Positions 12,963 through 25,164 of a stretch of 64,000 nt of DNA are shown here, in pieces. A model generated the notes under the pieces. The model made no database searches, was not told the DNA's origin, and saw only the letters and a program-made list of their open reading frames with translations. The stretch comes from Novakomyces olei. Lineage: Eukaryota. Every line of letters starts with the position of its first letter. The first letter of the stretch is position 1. Made by a program: the position numbers and the translations under genes. The stretch is taken from contig JADEYG010000009.1 in assembly GCA_016906335.1 (NCBI GenBank), forward strand, positions 992,001 to 1,056,000, in the 5' to 3' direction.

Positions 12963-13489
12963 ATGGACGTGATTAAAGCAGTAGTGGGCTTCATACTGGT
13001 CGGCGGTAGGCTGTATACAAAACGCAAACTAACACGCAGCTTGTTGGGGCTTGACGAACCCGTTTATTGCAGTCGGCGCCAAACGCGCCTACGCCAATTT
13101 GGACCAGCAAGTCGATGGCGAAGAGTACGATGAGTCTGTGCCAGAGACACGGTGGGCGGGTGTATTGGGATTTATAAGGCAAAAAGCCAAGGCACTCCGC
13201 CTCGTCCTGTTAACCCCGAGCTACTTGGTCCCATTGGCAATTAACTTGAGCGGCGGACTCGTTTATTTCTACTTTCTCGGCCAGGCCGATGTAACACTTG
13301 CCGTGCCTATTTGCAAGTACTTAGACATACATAACATTCTCCTGGTTTAACAATTCTAGTTCTTTTGCTTTTGTTTTCACTGCTATCGGGCAATGGGCTT
13401 TGACTGGATCCGTTCCCGACCGGTTTGCCGTTCTCGGCAGCGTGCTCGTCGTGGCGGGCGTAGCCCTGTGCGTGCGCAGCAAGGTCTAG
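12963..13489 (+). CDS. TMEM234-family small membrane protein (3 exons)
   Basis: FILVG|ACWGLTNPFI..YLVPLAINLSGGLVYFYFLGQADVTLAVPIC|NSFAFVFT family motifs. Confidence 0.8.
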
Positions 13490-13517
13490 CTAGTATAATC
13501 CGTGCGCACAACGGGGG

Positions 13518-13570
13518 TTAGGGTTAACAAGGAAATGCCGTGTGTCAATTAGGGTTAGTTAGGGTTAGTT
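13518..13570. repeat. Interstitial TTAGGG telomere-like motifs
   Basis: TTAGGG at 13518, 13549 and 13559 (TTAGGGTTAGTTAGGGTTAGTT). Confidence 0.7.
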
Positions 13571-13968
13571 GCTTTTAGTGTCGCAAAGCGTCGGCTAGTG
13601 TGAGTTGGGTCGCGGTGGGCGGACCGGTTTGGTGGGCAATGGTATATTCTAAAAGGCCGGCGCAGATAGGCGGTGGTGGCGTTTTACACTGGGACAAAAG
13701 AATGCAATATATGTTGTACAATTGCAAGAGTTTGGCAACTGCAATTGGAGCCTTTGCTGATAAAAGATCAAAACTATGAATTAAACTAGTACGCAATTTA
13801 TGCGATGTATAATACAGAAAACATTGTGGTGCATGTACAGTGAGCGAGTCTACGAGTGCTGACGACTGAGTATATACTGCATAAATGTATTATATACAAT
13901 TACGGTATAACCCGCTCGGCAGTATACGCAAAACCATAAACTTTTCGACTCAGGCAAGCAAGGCCGGG

Positions 13969-15962
13969 TCAACGATTGTCGCCAAAGTGGGGCGTGTTGA
14001 GGAAAATGGCGAGTGTCAGTCCCGAGAGCAGACCGGCGCAGGGCAGTGTAAGAATCCAGCCAAAGACGATCCACGCTAATTGGCGCCAGTTGACAGACCG
14101 CAAATCAAAGTTCATTACAGCGACTCCGATGATGGCACCGGTAATGCACTGAGTCGTGGACACAGGCAGCGAGAGTCGAGAGGCCATAAGAACAGTGATA
14201 GCGGCCCCCAACTCCATCGCGAACCCTCTTGCGGGAGTCATTATAGTGATTTTATTGCCCAGGCCTCGCATCATGTGGTAGCCGTACGTGAGGAACCCGA
14301 TCCCGAGCATAAGACCGGCCACTACGAGAATCCATACTGGAGTGTCCGCACTGTCATACACCCTCATCGTCGTCCAAATCATATACTCTGCTGAAAAGGG
14401 CCCAACGGCATTAGACACATCGTTCGATCCATGAGCAATAGACATTAGCATTGCAGAAGCGACTTGAGCAAAAGTGAACATGTGCTCGATTTTGTTATCA
14501 TAGATAGGCGCCCGTGCATGAATCTCTGACATTGTGCTCGACTGATGAGCAATGACGTCACGCGTCATTCCATAAGAGCAGATATACTTTGCCGTTGCAA
14601 AGAGCCTGCGAGGATGAGCCCAGGGCAGATTATCGACTTTAGCGAGTCCGGACAGCGGCCGTTGCTGGCCAGATCCGGTTTGCTGGTTGCCTTCGCTATA
14701 CTTTTCACTGCTGCCCCTTTGAATGTTTGTGATACTGTCTGTGTTTTTAGCATTTTGGGTATTATTTTTGTCATTGTTTGTATCGTTATTGGTATTATCA
14801 TCTTGCTTTTCCTCTGCGTTTGCACGAGGTGTCTTTTCCACATCCAGCGGATCCGGCTGCTGGCTCTGCGGAGCAGATTTGTCGTAATAATTATCGACAA
14901 TCTTTGTCCCTTTGCTGGGGTACGGGATCCATGGATCCTGTTTCCACAGTGTTGGCCCGAGAAAGATATGGAACGGACGTAGTCGCGTATCCTCAACCAC
15001 CAGCCGGCGGTAGAAATAGGGCTGGAAAAACGCGTAAGCAATAACAAGACTGCCGCCGAGAACGCCGAGTACAATTGCAGCGGCCCTGCCTTGCAATTCC
15101 TCCAACGAGGGAACTCCGTGTGAGGCCTCAACCGTGATAAAAAGTGCTAAAATCGCCGCAGTGAAGGCGAGATAAAACGGTATTATACGCATTGCCCACT
15201 TGAAGGGATCTTTTCTGTTCAAAATTCCGAATTTAATTGTCCCGAAAATAATGGCACCGAACCCGGCAGAAATACAGGGCGCAACTCCCCAGGAAGCGGC
15301 AATTTGCGACACGCTTCCGCTCGACCAGCCCCAAGTAACGCTACGGTTAGCTGCGATTCCGCATCCCACCAAAGCCCCCACCAGGGACTGCGTAGTTGAG
15401 ACGGGGAGCTGCAATTTAGTGGCCAGAGCCAGCCAAACACCGGAAGCAAACTCGGCCACAACCATGACCATCATTAGCACGGCCGGACTATCGCGAAACT
15501 CATCGATGTCAAGGATTCCTGATCTAATTGTGGCAGTGACTCTGGAACCGAGAGCAACTGCCCCGACAAACTCTGTTATTGTCGCAAGGAAACCTGCTTG
15601 AGGTAGCGTGAGCGTTTTAGCTGCTACCGATGTCGCATAACTAGGCAGTTAGAAGCATGCCCTTTGATTTGATTGAATAAGCGAAAAAATTCAAAAATAT
15701 GAAAAGAGAAATGAAGAAAAATGAAGAATTAAAGAATTAAAAAAAAAGGAGAAATAAAAAGAAAAAGAAATAAAGAAATGGAAACCTCATCGGCCATCAA
15801 TGGCTAGTGTAACCAGTAATAAAGAAGAATAAAGCAATAAATCTTCTTTTCAAAAAGTACTCACGAGTTTGCGATATCGTTCGCGCCAATTCCCCAGGCA
15901 GACAGGAGGAAAAAGACGACTCCGAGGCTGAAAAGCCAGTCATAGCGATGGTAATAAGGCAT
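13969..15962 (-). CDS. PHO89: PiT/PHO4-family sodium:phosphate symporter (2 exons)
   Basis: Exon 1 MPYYHRYDWLF..WGIGANDIANS|YATSVAAKTLT. Also LPVSTT, HGSNDVSNAVGP and RGFAMELGAA PiT signatures. Confidence 0.92.
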
Positions 15963-16101
15963 CGCCGCCACGGATTAGAATTGGTTTTTATGGTATATAT
16001 ATATAAATATAATTGAATATATTTTCTTGGATATATATCACGTTTAGATTGAGATAAGGCGTGCTCATTTATATACAATTATCGATCAATCATCCATGTT
16101 G

Positions 16102-16284
16102 CACGTGCACTGCCAAGCTTTATGTCAAAAGCATTGCGCGCGTATGATTGGCTGCAGCTCTTTAGCGAAAAAAGAAGGGTCTTAAGGCTTTCTTCGCTTA
16201 ATACTATAGTATGAGCGGTTCGGGAAATAGCGTGTGCATATAATAAACCTTTTCGCCTATAAATTGAGGCCTAACGTGCACGTG
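16102..16284. promoter_or_regulatory. PHO89 promoter: two CACGTG E-boxes plus TGCCAAG (PacC/Rim101-type site)
   Basis: CACGTG at 16102-16107 and 16279-16284, TGCCAAG at 16111-16117, 140-320 bp upstream of the ATG. Confidence 0.55.
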
Positions 16285-17635
16285 CGAGTCGCAGTATTGG
16301 AATAGGTTATTGTGGGGCAAAACCTGCAGTTTTTACGCGTTAATTTGACAAGCAAAGTGGCTAAGCAGTCTTATGCGCTAGCGAGAAGGGTCGTCCAGAG
16401 ATTTCACGGTGAGATTGTACGTTGTACATTGTAGCTTTTGTATCTTGTTTGAAAGAACGTATCGATAAAATTATAGGCATTAGAATTAGAGGCAATATAG
16501 TTAGAGGCAATAGAATTAGAGACAATAGAATAGTTGATCGAATACATCATGAAACGCAGCTCCGTGTCATTAGGTGATATATCGCTACTTGTTTACGTAC
16601 TGGTTTTCGTTTTTCACTGGCCGCTTCGTGTATCACCTGCGGCTCATGTGACCTTTACTGGTAAAATAAAGAATATCAAGAGACAGGTGTACTATCGCCC
16701 AATGGCTGTATATGGAACAGTCATTTTGAATCTGGCCACAACGAAGAGCCCTCGTGCCACTATTGCTACTTAATTTACTATACGGCTAGAATCAATTTAC
16801 GTCACTCAAACTTTTTTTTTTCTTAATCTTTGACTTGCTCGCGTTCTGATTCTAAGTTTACTGAAGTTTTATTCTATAGTAAATGTAGTCTTAAACAGTG
16901 GGCAGATTAGTTTTACTTATGTCTGTCTCCTGCACTACCGGTTCCAATATAGTCAAGAGATTTCCTTAGTCAAATCCATTTTTTTATCGGACAGATAGGA
17001 GCCAAGTTAAATTTACAAGCCAATTCGTTCCAGGAGGTTTTTCTTTTGTGCGTGCTTCTACCGTCTGTTTTAATGCAGATCAGCATTTAGGAGGTGCCTT
17101 CAATACTGTACAGTTTAATCAAAATTCCAATTAGCCTGCCTTGATCATGATCCTGGTTTGTAATATCGGGTTTCGTCGAGCAGAGAGTTCCCGCGATAGC
17201 TTATACGGACTAACTTCCTGCGAGCACAGTGGGAAATAAATAGGGCAGTACAGATACACACGAAATCAACTTGATTTACCATATAATTGATAAATGGAGA
17301 ATTGTCTGTAAAATTATAGCGTCCGTTCAAAGATTTGGCTCCCAACTACCAACTACGTTGCGCAACGGTACACAAAATACGATCGGAAAGACGTAATGCT
17401 ACAGAATACAATCAGGCGCTAAAAATCACCAACACTCTGAACAATACAATAATGTTTGTCGAATTGTTAAGCTACAATTAAATACGCCTCCCAGTGTACC
17501 AACCGATCATTACTATCAAATGCATATTGCGTCGCAGCTATATCGCTCCCCCCTCGCCAATCCGTACCAATTCCCGTTTCAGCCTGCTCCGTTAAATAGC
17601 CAAGCCTGAATATATCAAATCTGACTACGTACTGC

Positions 17636-18498
17636 TCACGATGGAATTGCCTGGTACTCCGGCGGAGACATGATACCAATCACAGTGACAAGCACACAGC
17701 ACAAAAAGTTGATGGCAAAAGCCACAGTCAGACATATCCAGCCATAATCTCACCATTAGCACGATACGTAAAAAAAAAAACGGTACCTAGTCGCCACCCG
17801 ATGGCAAAGCGAGAACTATTGTTGAACAGATACGCGATTAAAGACATCGCCGTCATTTGGCATATAGCTGATTGTCAGCCTGGAGAAGAACAAGTGCAAT
17901 TATAATAGAAGATCAAGAGGATTATGCCACAAAACAGTTGACTTAGACGATCCAGGCTCTAGCCAAAATTAAATAAAACAGGAAAAAGAAATCCATTGTC
18001 GAGTTGAGATTCTTACTGCAAGCTGCCAGCATGGAAGAAACGGGTTTCCAGCCCTTTTCGCGTTTGGCACGGCCTCCGGCAAAAATGGTTATATAAGCCA
18101 CAAACAGTACAATTTCCAGCACGGCCGAAATGTACACGAGGAATCCTTTGTCGTTAATAAACTGGCCGTCGTATATAAAGCAGACCGCAGAACCTTACCT
18201 GCAGATTTCCACACATCGCAAAATCCCTGTTCCCCCGCACAGTCCTGGTCATCTGGAAACGGGCGGCAGTCACCAAAAATGCTATCAAAAAGCAACAGTC
18301 GAGGTTAGACTCAAAAAAATATGATACAGCGGAAACGTACGAAGAACATCGTTGATCAAGACCTAGCGTGATAGTCGGAGAAATGGGCGGTGGACCAGAG
18401 AAGCGCAGCCAGCTTGGAGTAGCTAGTGTAATAAAATGCAGTACTGCCGTTATTATAACGACCACAAAGGACGTCGAGTAAAGAGCAAGGCCCGCCAT
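17636..18498 (-). CDS. Claudin-like (PMP22/SUR7-PalI-type) four-TM membrane protein (multi-exon)
   Basis: TM1 then TPSWLRF..LGLDQRC, CRPFPDDQDC..FCDVWKSAG, AGGRAKREKGWKPVS, YLFNNSSRFAIGWRLG, ending SPPEYQAIPS*. Confidence 0.7.
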
Positions 18499-19386
18499 GA
18501 TACGTCGTCAGTGGGGATATTTATTGCGAGACAATTTAAAAGTGCTCTGTCTGTATCGCGTCACGTGAACAGCCCGCACCCCAATGACGTAAATCAAGTA
18601 ATAACCCTAACTAACCCTATACCTCCCATGACCGTAATGACGCAGGATTAAATGTTTGAGAGCCTGCGAGCCCGTCATCCATCTCATTATGTAATAAAGT
18701 TATTCCCCTAAGTATACGCATAACTAAATTAGGACAGTACTCGTACGCATCCAATTTCTACTTTGACAATTTCTACTTTGCTGCTCGATGTATCGCATAT
18801 CATACACCAACTCGGTACTCATCCCGCGCTATGCTTGTTTTATCCCACCACTTTGACAAGTATGTAATAATAGATGGAGCAAGAGCAAGGCCAAGATTGT
18901 TGTATTATAGACTGATTGCAATATAGACTAATTGCATCATAGCCTAACGCTTAAACTGCGGTCAGATTACGGAGAGCAGCAATATGCTAACAGTTCCCAG
19001 TTACAAGCAGACGCGGGAAACTCGCTAAACTTCCGCGCACTCGGTTCCAGGCGCGCCATATTAGCCAGGCGCTTGGGTTTCCTACTCGAGTAACGCGCCC
19101 TCAATCTGGGGAATATAATGTCTGCGGCCTTTGCTCTCTGGGCATCTGCCCTGCACTCCACCCTCCAAAGACTGGGTGTACATGCCACGATAAATTTGTA
19201 TCGTGTTTTTGACACGTTCCGCGGCAATTGTTACTTGCCGGTCGCGTTACAGGGACCGCGTCCGTCCTTTTACGCTAGTCGCGTGGACCCGTTGGCAGAG
19301 ATAGATTGGAAGGCGCAAACAATTTCCACATTTAAACATCCAATAAAAGCAGAGCTGGTCAATTGAATTGTATCAAAATAGACAAA

Positions 19387-20823
19387 ATGGTCTCTTGTCA
19401 TCTCGCCCGCGCGTCAGTGCGACTGAGTGGGTGTGGGAAAAGAGCCGTTCATTCAGCGTCAGACAGTGTCAAAAAATCGGGCGATATTTCCTCTGTCTTT
19501 GCATCACTGTCAGGCGCAGACGCTGAACCCTTACCTGCCCGATTTGCACATTTAAAACAGCAACTGGCAGCCGGCCACCATGAGGCCCTGGCCGATAGCT
19601 GGAGACGGCTTTTACCCGCTGTAGCAGCGGCAGTGCAAGAGCTGCGAGAGCTGCGAGAGCATGCAGTTCCCGAGATTGACTATGGGGACCTGTCTCGGCC
19701 GTCCACTGAGCTGCGGAAGCAGGTGGCCCGGAGAGGATGTGTAGTCGTGCGCAACGTGGTCCCTGACGAAGAGGCACTCGGCTGGAAGACTGATCTGCTA
19801 AAGTACATTGCCGAAAACCCTAATACTAAGGGTTTTCCTGCAGCAGATCCCGCCGTGTTTGAGCTGTACTGGTCACCGAGCCAGGCACGTGCACGTGCCC
19901 ACCCAAATATGCGGAAAACCCTCAACTTTGTCAATTCGTTTTGGCACGCGAGCGCTACCGCCCCAGTGTCCTTTCGGCACTCGTGTACGTATGCGGACCG
20001 TGTGCGTATGCGAAAGCCTGGCGAAGCGCAATTCGCTCTCGGCCCTCACATTGACGGGGGCTCGCTCGAGCGCTGGGAGGATAAGGAGTACCGTAAAACC
20101 TATACGGATATCTTGCAAGGCAGCTGGGAGCAATGCGACCTGTACAACGCTGATCACCGCATCTTTGCCCAGTCTGATATGTACAATGGAGCCGGCGGCT
20201 GCTCTGTCTTTAGAGCCTTCCAAGGCTGGGCCAGCATGTCGGACGTTGGGCCCGGCGAGGGCTCTTTGCTGCTTGCCCCCTGCTTGCAAGAGTTTACTGC
20301 CTACATGATGCTCCGGCCTTTTTTCGACGACAAGGATCGCCTTGACTTGCAGTCCCCGGCTTTCCCTGGCGCACCAATGGGGAAGCAGCAAGAGCTGTTC
20401 CCTCAACTACACCCCCACTTACAATTGGACTCGGCAATGGTTCCCATTCCGAGAATGCTGCCGGGCGATGCTGTTTTTTGGCACGGAGACCTGTGCCACG
20501 CAGTCGATCCTGTTCACAGGGGCACTCGTGACTCTAGTGTAATTTATATACCAGCCGTGCCGGCTTGTGCTACATCGGCGCACTACCTGGAACGGCAGCG
20601 AGACGCTTTCCTCCGCCACTGCCCGGCTCCAGATTTTCCGGGGTACCCAAACGATATCGGCGAATCGCAACACGTGGGCCGTGTGGACCCCAAGTTTATC
20701 CACAGCGTTGGCGGAGACGGCGCTCTGGCCGCTATGGGCTTAGGGCCTTGGAAGATTACGGATGATTTATTACCGGGCGAGAAGAAGGCATTACTCGATA
20801 GCAACGCTATACTAGGCTTTTAG
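19387..20823 (+). CDS. DUF1479 / Gig2-like Fe(II)-2-oxoglutarate oxygenase-fold protein with putative mitochondrial presequence
   Basis: GDISSVFASLSG, ELYWSPSQ..ARAHPN, LGPHIDGGSLERWED, CSVFRAFQGW, PGDAVFWHGDLCHAVD, DSSVIYIPA. Confidence 0.88.
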   Translation: MVSCHLARASVRLSGCGKRAVHSASDSVKKSGDISSVFASLSGADAEPLPARFAHLKQQLAAGHHEALADSWRRLLPAVAAAVQELRELREHAVPEIDYGDLSRPSTELRKQVARRGCVVVRNVVPDEEALGWKTDLLKYIAENPNTKGFPAADPAVFELYWSPSQARARAHPNMRKTLNFVNSFWHASATAPVSFRHSCTYADRVRMRKPGEAQFALGPHIDGGSLERWEDKEYRKTYTDILQGSWEQCDLYNADHRIFAQSDMYNGAGGCSVFRAFQGWASMSDVGPGEGSLLLAPCLQEFTAYMMLRPFFDDKDRLDLQSPAFPGAPMGKQQELFPQLHPHLQLDSAMVPIPRMLPGDAVFWHGDLCHAVDPVHRGTRDSSVIYIPAVPACATSAHYLERQRDAFLRHCPAPDFPGYPNDIGESQHVGRVDPKFIHSVGGDGALAAMGLGPWKITDDLLPGEKKALLDSNAILGF

Positions 20824-21552
20824 ATTCAGTCTTGTAGTCTAGTACACTAATAGCATTAATAGTATTGATAGTATTCAGCACTAATAGACGAGGGCAAATT
20901 CGTAATTGCAGTGCCATGGGACAGACGCTCGTCTACTCAAAAGGCTTGCTAGGGTTTGTGTTTGTGTGCTTAGGGTTTGTTTTGTAGACTCGATAGTGTA
21001 AATCTGGTACATTTATTACCCATTCATTGGGGACTGGAGTATTTGTAACCTATCGAAAATATTGTCAGGGTTTTCTGAATGATAGGGTTCCAACAGTTTG
21101 TTGCGAAGGTGGTACTTCTCATGCGTTCACCTTGATTCGTGTGAATATTAATAATCCCAACCGAGCGATTAACGTAAACATACTTGCGATTAAGGGTATT
21201 TGGAGTAAAGATAATAAATGTTTTGTTCAAATGATTATGTAAACAATTATTATACAAAGGATTACTTACTTTGTGGATGGTACAGATACTGTACTGTCGC
21301 TCGTATATTATTGTTTACATGTGCGCTCCATACTAATTCTCTATCATTGCGAGTCTGTTTTACTATATATCGTCTGTTTTACTACTATATAGCCGGTGCT
21401 ATTGTTACTGTTGTTTATATAAACAATATTATGATGTACAAAAAAAATAAAAACAAACACGTTGCGACAACATCGACCTACCGGGAAAGGATCAAAGAGG
21501 ACAGCGAAACCGTATCGTCGCCACAGACAAAGTACTGTTTGTGGCTTTGTAA

Positions 21553-24500
21553 ATGGACGACGATCGATACCTTGAGCCTGGCTTCGATGTTTCGTCGCTC
21601 ACTATGCCTCGTTTACGAGGCATATTGACCGAGTATAACGTCGATTTCCCATCCAACGCGCGTAAAGGAGATCTAGTCGATCTCGTAGTGACCTCTGTCG
21701 TGTCCCGCGCAGACGAAATAATGGCCACGCGTGCAAACGTGGAGCCAAACTCTGACGGGGTCGAGAACGTTGGAAACGCTAAAAGCAAGAGACAGACAAG
21801 AACAGTGATAGAGCCTCCGCCTCTGTCTGCCGCAGTCCAAGATCAAGAAGCACGAACGAGTCCGCGTAAACGAGGCCGTAAGAAGAATACGCCTGACGTG
21901 GACGAGACGCCCTCTAAAAGATCGTCCGTTGAAGCTCCTGCGACTGTCGGTCGAGGCCGACCGCGTTCGGTTAAGAGCAGTACGCCTGCTCCAGCGCCAT
22001 TAGCAAAACGCGTCTTTTCTTCGGAGGAAAGCACCAGCGAGCTGGAGTCTGTGGATAATCTGCCACCGAAATCCAAGTCTCCGATTAAACGGAAACAGCC
22101 GACAGTTAGTCTGCAATCTGCCGCTGCAGAAACCGAGTCTCGAGTACAGGAAGAACAGAGCCAAATTAGAGCACAGCCATCAGCTCCGCAAGAGACGCTG
22201 AAGAAGGTTAAAAAGGAGGATCGATCAAGTGCTACACCGTCGCATCGATCAAGCACTTCGCCGTCGCAGGATTCGTTTACTTTTAAAAACATATTTCAGT
22301 CTCATTTAAAAACTGGTTCTGACTCAGGAGCAAGGCGAGCATCCAGCAACGACAGCAGAACAAGCGAAGGCAAACCTTACATCCAGTACAAGAACGAAAG
22401 CGCCGAAGAACGATCGCCCTTTCGGTACTTTAAATCGTCACCTTCAGACAAACCCTTCTCCACGGTTCCGGACAGAGACGGGGTCAGAACGCCTTCGTCT
22501 CCTGACTCGGCAAAATCAAAACGATCAAAATTTATGGCTGATATTGCTGCGTTGTCTACAAGCTCTACTTTCCAAGATTTGTTGAGTGGATCAAAGTCTC
22601 CCCCTGCTTCTTCCTCGTCATCAGGCAAGAAGGAGACTGCCAAGAGTAATCGGACGGAACCCGAGTCGGGCAGCAGTCCCAGGGGCGTGAAGAGCGATAG
22701 TCAGGGGGCCTATTCAAAGATAGATTTCCGAAAATCTAAGAAAAATGCCTCTAATATCTCCTCTCCCTCTCCAGCTTCTTCTTCCTCATCAACCAAGACC
22801 GGGAAACCCCGGGACCGTTCAGCACCACTCGCAGATCGGTCTAAACGGTCAGCCACCCGATCTTCTTCTTCTTCTTCTTCCTCCGCAAATGCTGAAAACT
22901 CGGAAGATGACGGAGACTCTATGGAACTCGTTTCCGAACAGGGGCAAATACGCACCCGCTGGGCATCAACACGTATACCCTCATTCCGGGGCTTATTGAC
23001 ATCTTTAATAGCTGCAAGCGCTATTATCACTCCCGCCGGTATTGGGCTTTACAACAAGGAGAAAATTGCCGCTGGCTATTGCGGGCTACCAGACTCTACA
23101 GACCGGCCTCTACAGTTTTTAGGTGACGATTACAAGGCAGAGTGTGTTCCGTGTCCCCCTCATGCTTTATGTCTCCCTAAACTGCACCTTGTTTGTGATG
23201 AGGGTTATGTTTATAAGGACACGAGCTTGCTCGGAGAACTTGGGCTCCCGGGCCTAATCGCAGGCCAGGGCGAATGTGTCCCGGACACAGAAAGGGCGTC
23301 AAAGATTAGTATTGTGGCCAGTGAGGCTGCTAAAGTTTTAAGGGACAAGGCAACGGCTGTTTTTTGTGGAGTCAAGGATGCAAAACTACCTGATTTTGAA
23401 AGCGCCAGGACTTCAGTGTCTTCTTTAAAGAACAAATTATACGAGTATAAGTCGGTAAGTGGTTAAATTGACGTTTTTGCGTTAAGATTTATATTTTATT
23501 TATTTAGCAATTACTTCAGTTATTGAACAATTGTTTTATTTAAAGGCTTTTAATGTCAATTTTTTAAACTTGCGTATAGCTTTTTAGTTTTTCACTCTCC
23601 TATCGTCCCATGTGACTCGGGGTGATAGAGCTGAAAGCCTCAAGAGCAGTTATGGGTTGTAGTTGATATGGGAATAATCAAACAGAGAGGACATTAGATA
23701 CTAGCTCAACTTTTGACTAGCGCTTGAAAGTACGGTCTGATTTTGGGCTCATTATAGACATTTTGTCAGGGCAAAGTTTGATTTTAAGAACTTCAATTCT
23801 TGTTCACGCCAGTCTCTACTTTTATTTTATTTTTCCTTTAAAATTTTAATATATGTTAAGACTCGACATTGATGGTACATTCACTACCAATTTCGATTTG
23901 TCTGATCAGGATTTGGCTGGCGTGCTTTTGTCATAGCTTTTCTTAATTTTGGTTGGCTCTTTTTGTTCGTCCGTTGGCTGTTTCTCTTTTCTTCGAGTTC
24001 GATCTTTTGCGTTTGTCTCTACATTTAAGCCCCCTTCCTTTTCTTCTTCTTTTTCCTTTTTCATTTTTTATTTCGAGTCTGTTCGTAGCTTTCTGTTCTT
24101 GTTTGAGCTGTCTTCTCTTGCTCTTTATGAATTCTTCTTAATTCTTACATTCTTTCTTAGCCAACCTTATCGGACGAGCAATTTGAGGACCTTTGGAACA
24201 ATGCTTTGCGTGAATTGGTCAGCAAACCGGAAATATCGGTAGAGCCGTCCTCAGCTGATTCAATATCTGAGCTGCAGGAAAATCCGTAAGTCTTTACCCT
24301 CAACCTATAATTATGCTGCAATTATATCATTAATCGACTTACAAGCACCCGCTAATACAGCAAAGTACAAAGTATTACCTATCCAGCAACGACCTCTCCC
24401 AGCTTCCCTTTGGCTGCCAGCTCCGACAGGGATTCCGACGAAATCTGGCGCGATATCGTCTTCAGCTTGGTGGTAAGCAGATACAATTAATCACTTACAT

Positions 24501-24989
24501 AATTGATTGATTATTAATTGTCTACAAACTATTAATTGCTTATAATTCTGACAATCAGGGACACTACTAGGCATACTGACGGCCATTTACTTTCGCCATT
24601 CCTTTGCTAAGAAACGAGAATTGCAACACGCTGTCAATAATCTTTCGCAGAGAGTGCTGGACAGGCTGGCTCAGCAGGCTTCCATTGCCAGGCAAAAAGA
24701 CGACACCTCCAAGTTTCCGGCTTATTTGTCTTCCACGCGTTTGCGTGATTATTATTTGAGACAAATGCCTTTGGCTCGAAGAAATAATATATGGAAGCGC
24801 GTGAGTCAACGCGTTGAGGCAGAGACAGATGTCAGAGTTCGTCAGCTTGAATTGCAGGGAGAAATTCATCGTGTATGGGAATGGACAGGCGAAGTTGATC
24901 CTTCATTCGTAACGCAGTTATCGCCATCTTCAGCAAACTTGGGATTAGAGACTGGCTCCTCTTCCAGTTCGGGATGGCAGGTTGCGTAG
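21553..24989 (+). CDS. SRC1: Inner nuclear membrane LEM/HEH - Man1/Src1 family protein (multi-exon)
   Basis: N-terminal HEH domain YLEPGFDVSSLTMPRLRGILTEYNVDFP, TM, lumenal GYCG..CVPCPPHALC..CVPDTE, and C-terminal GEIHRVWEWTG. Long intron 23455-24160. Confidence 0.88.
23594..23763 (+). ncRNA. Candidate intronic box H/ACA snoRNA
   Basis: Hairpin 1 (CTCTC/GAGAG lower stem, TCCCATGT/ATATGGGA upper stem), H box ACATTA at 23691-23696, hairpin 2 (AGCTCAA/TTGGGCT), then ACA at 23758-23760 followed by TTT. Confidence 0.45.
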
Positions 24990-25164
24990 ATTTATGTAGC
25001 TTTATTTGAATAAATTATTGAGTATATGAATATACTACACCCCACAATTAAACAATTTGAATAATTACAAAAATCAAACAAATATTATTACAAAATACTA
25101 TAACCAACCTTTTCATAATTCGAGGTGTGCAGTGAGTTTGCAGTCTCAATTCGAGCCGCGTTCT

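Noticed and set aside
21019-21170. Possible structured ncRNA (ACCC-ATTCA/TGAAT-GGGT and AAGGTG/CACCTT stems)
   Set aside because: Stems are short and no recognisable snoRNA, snRNA or RNase MRP boxes could be assigned.
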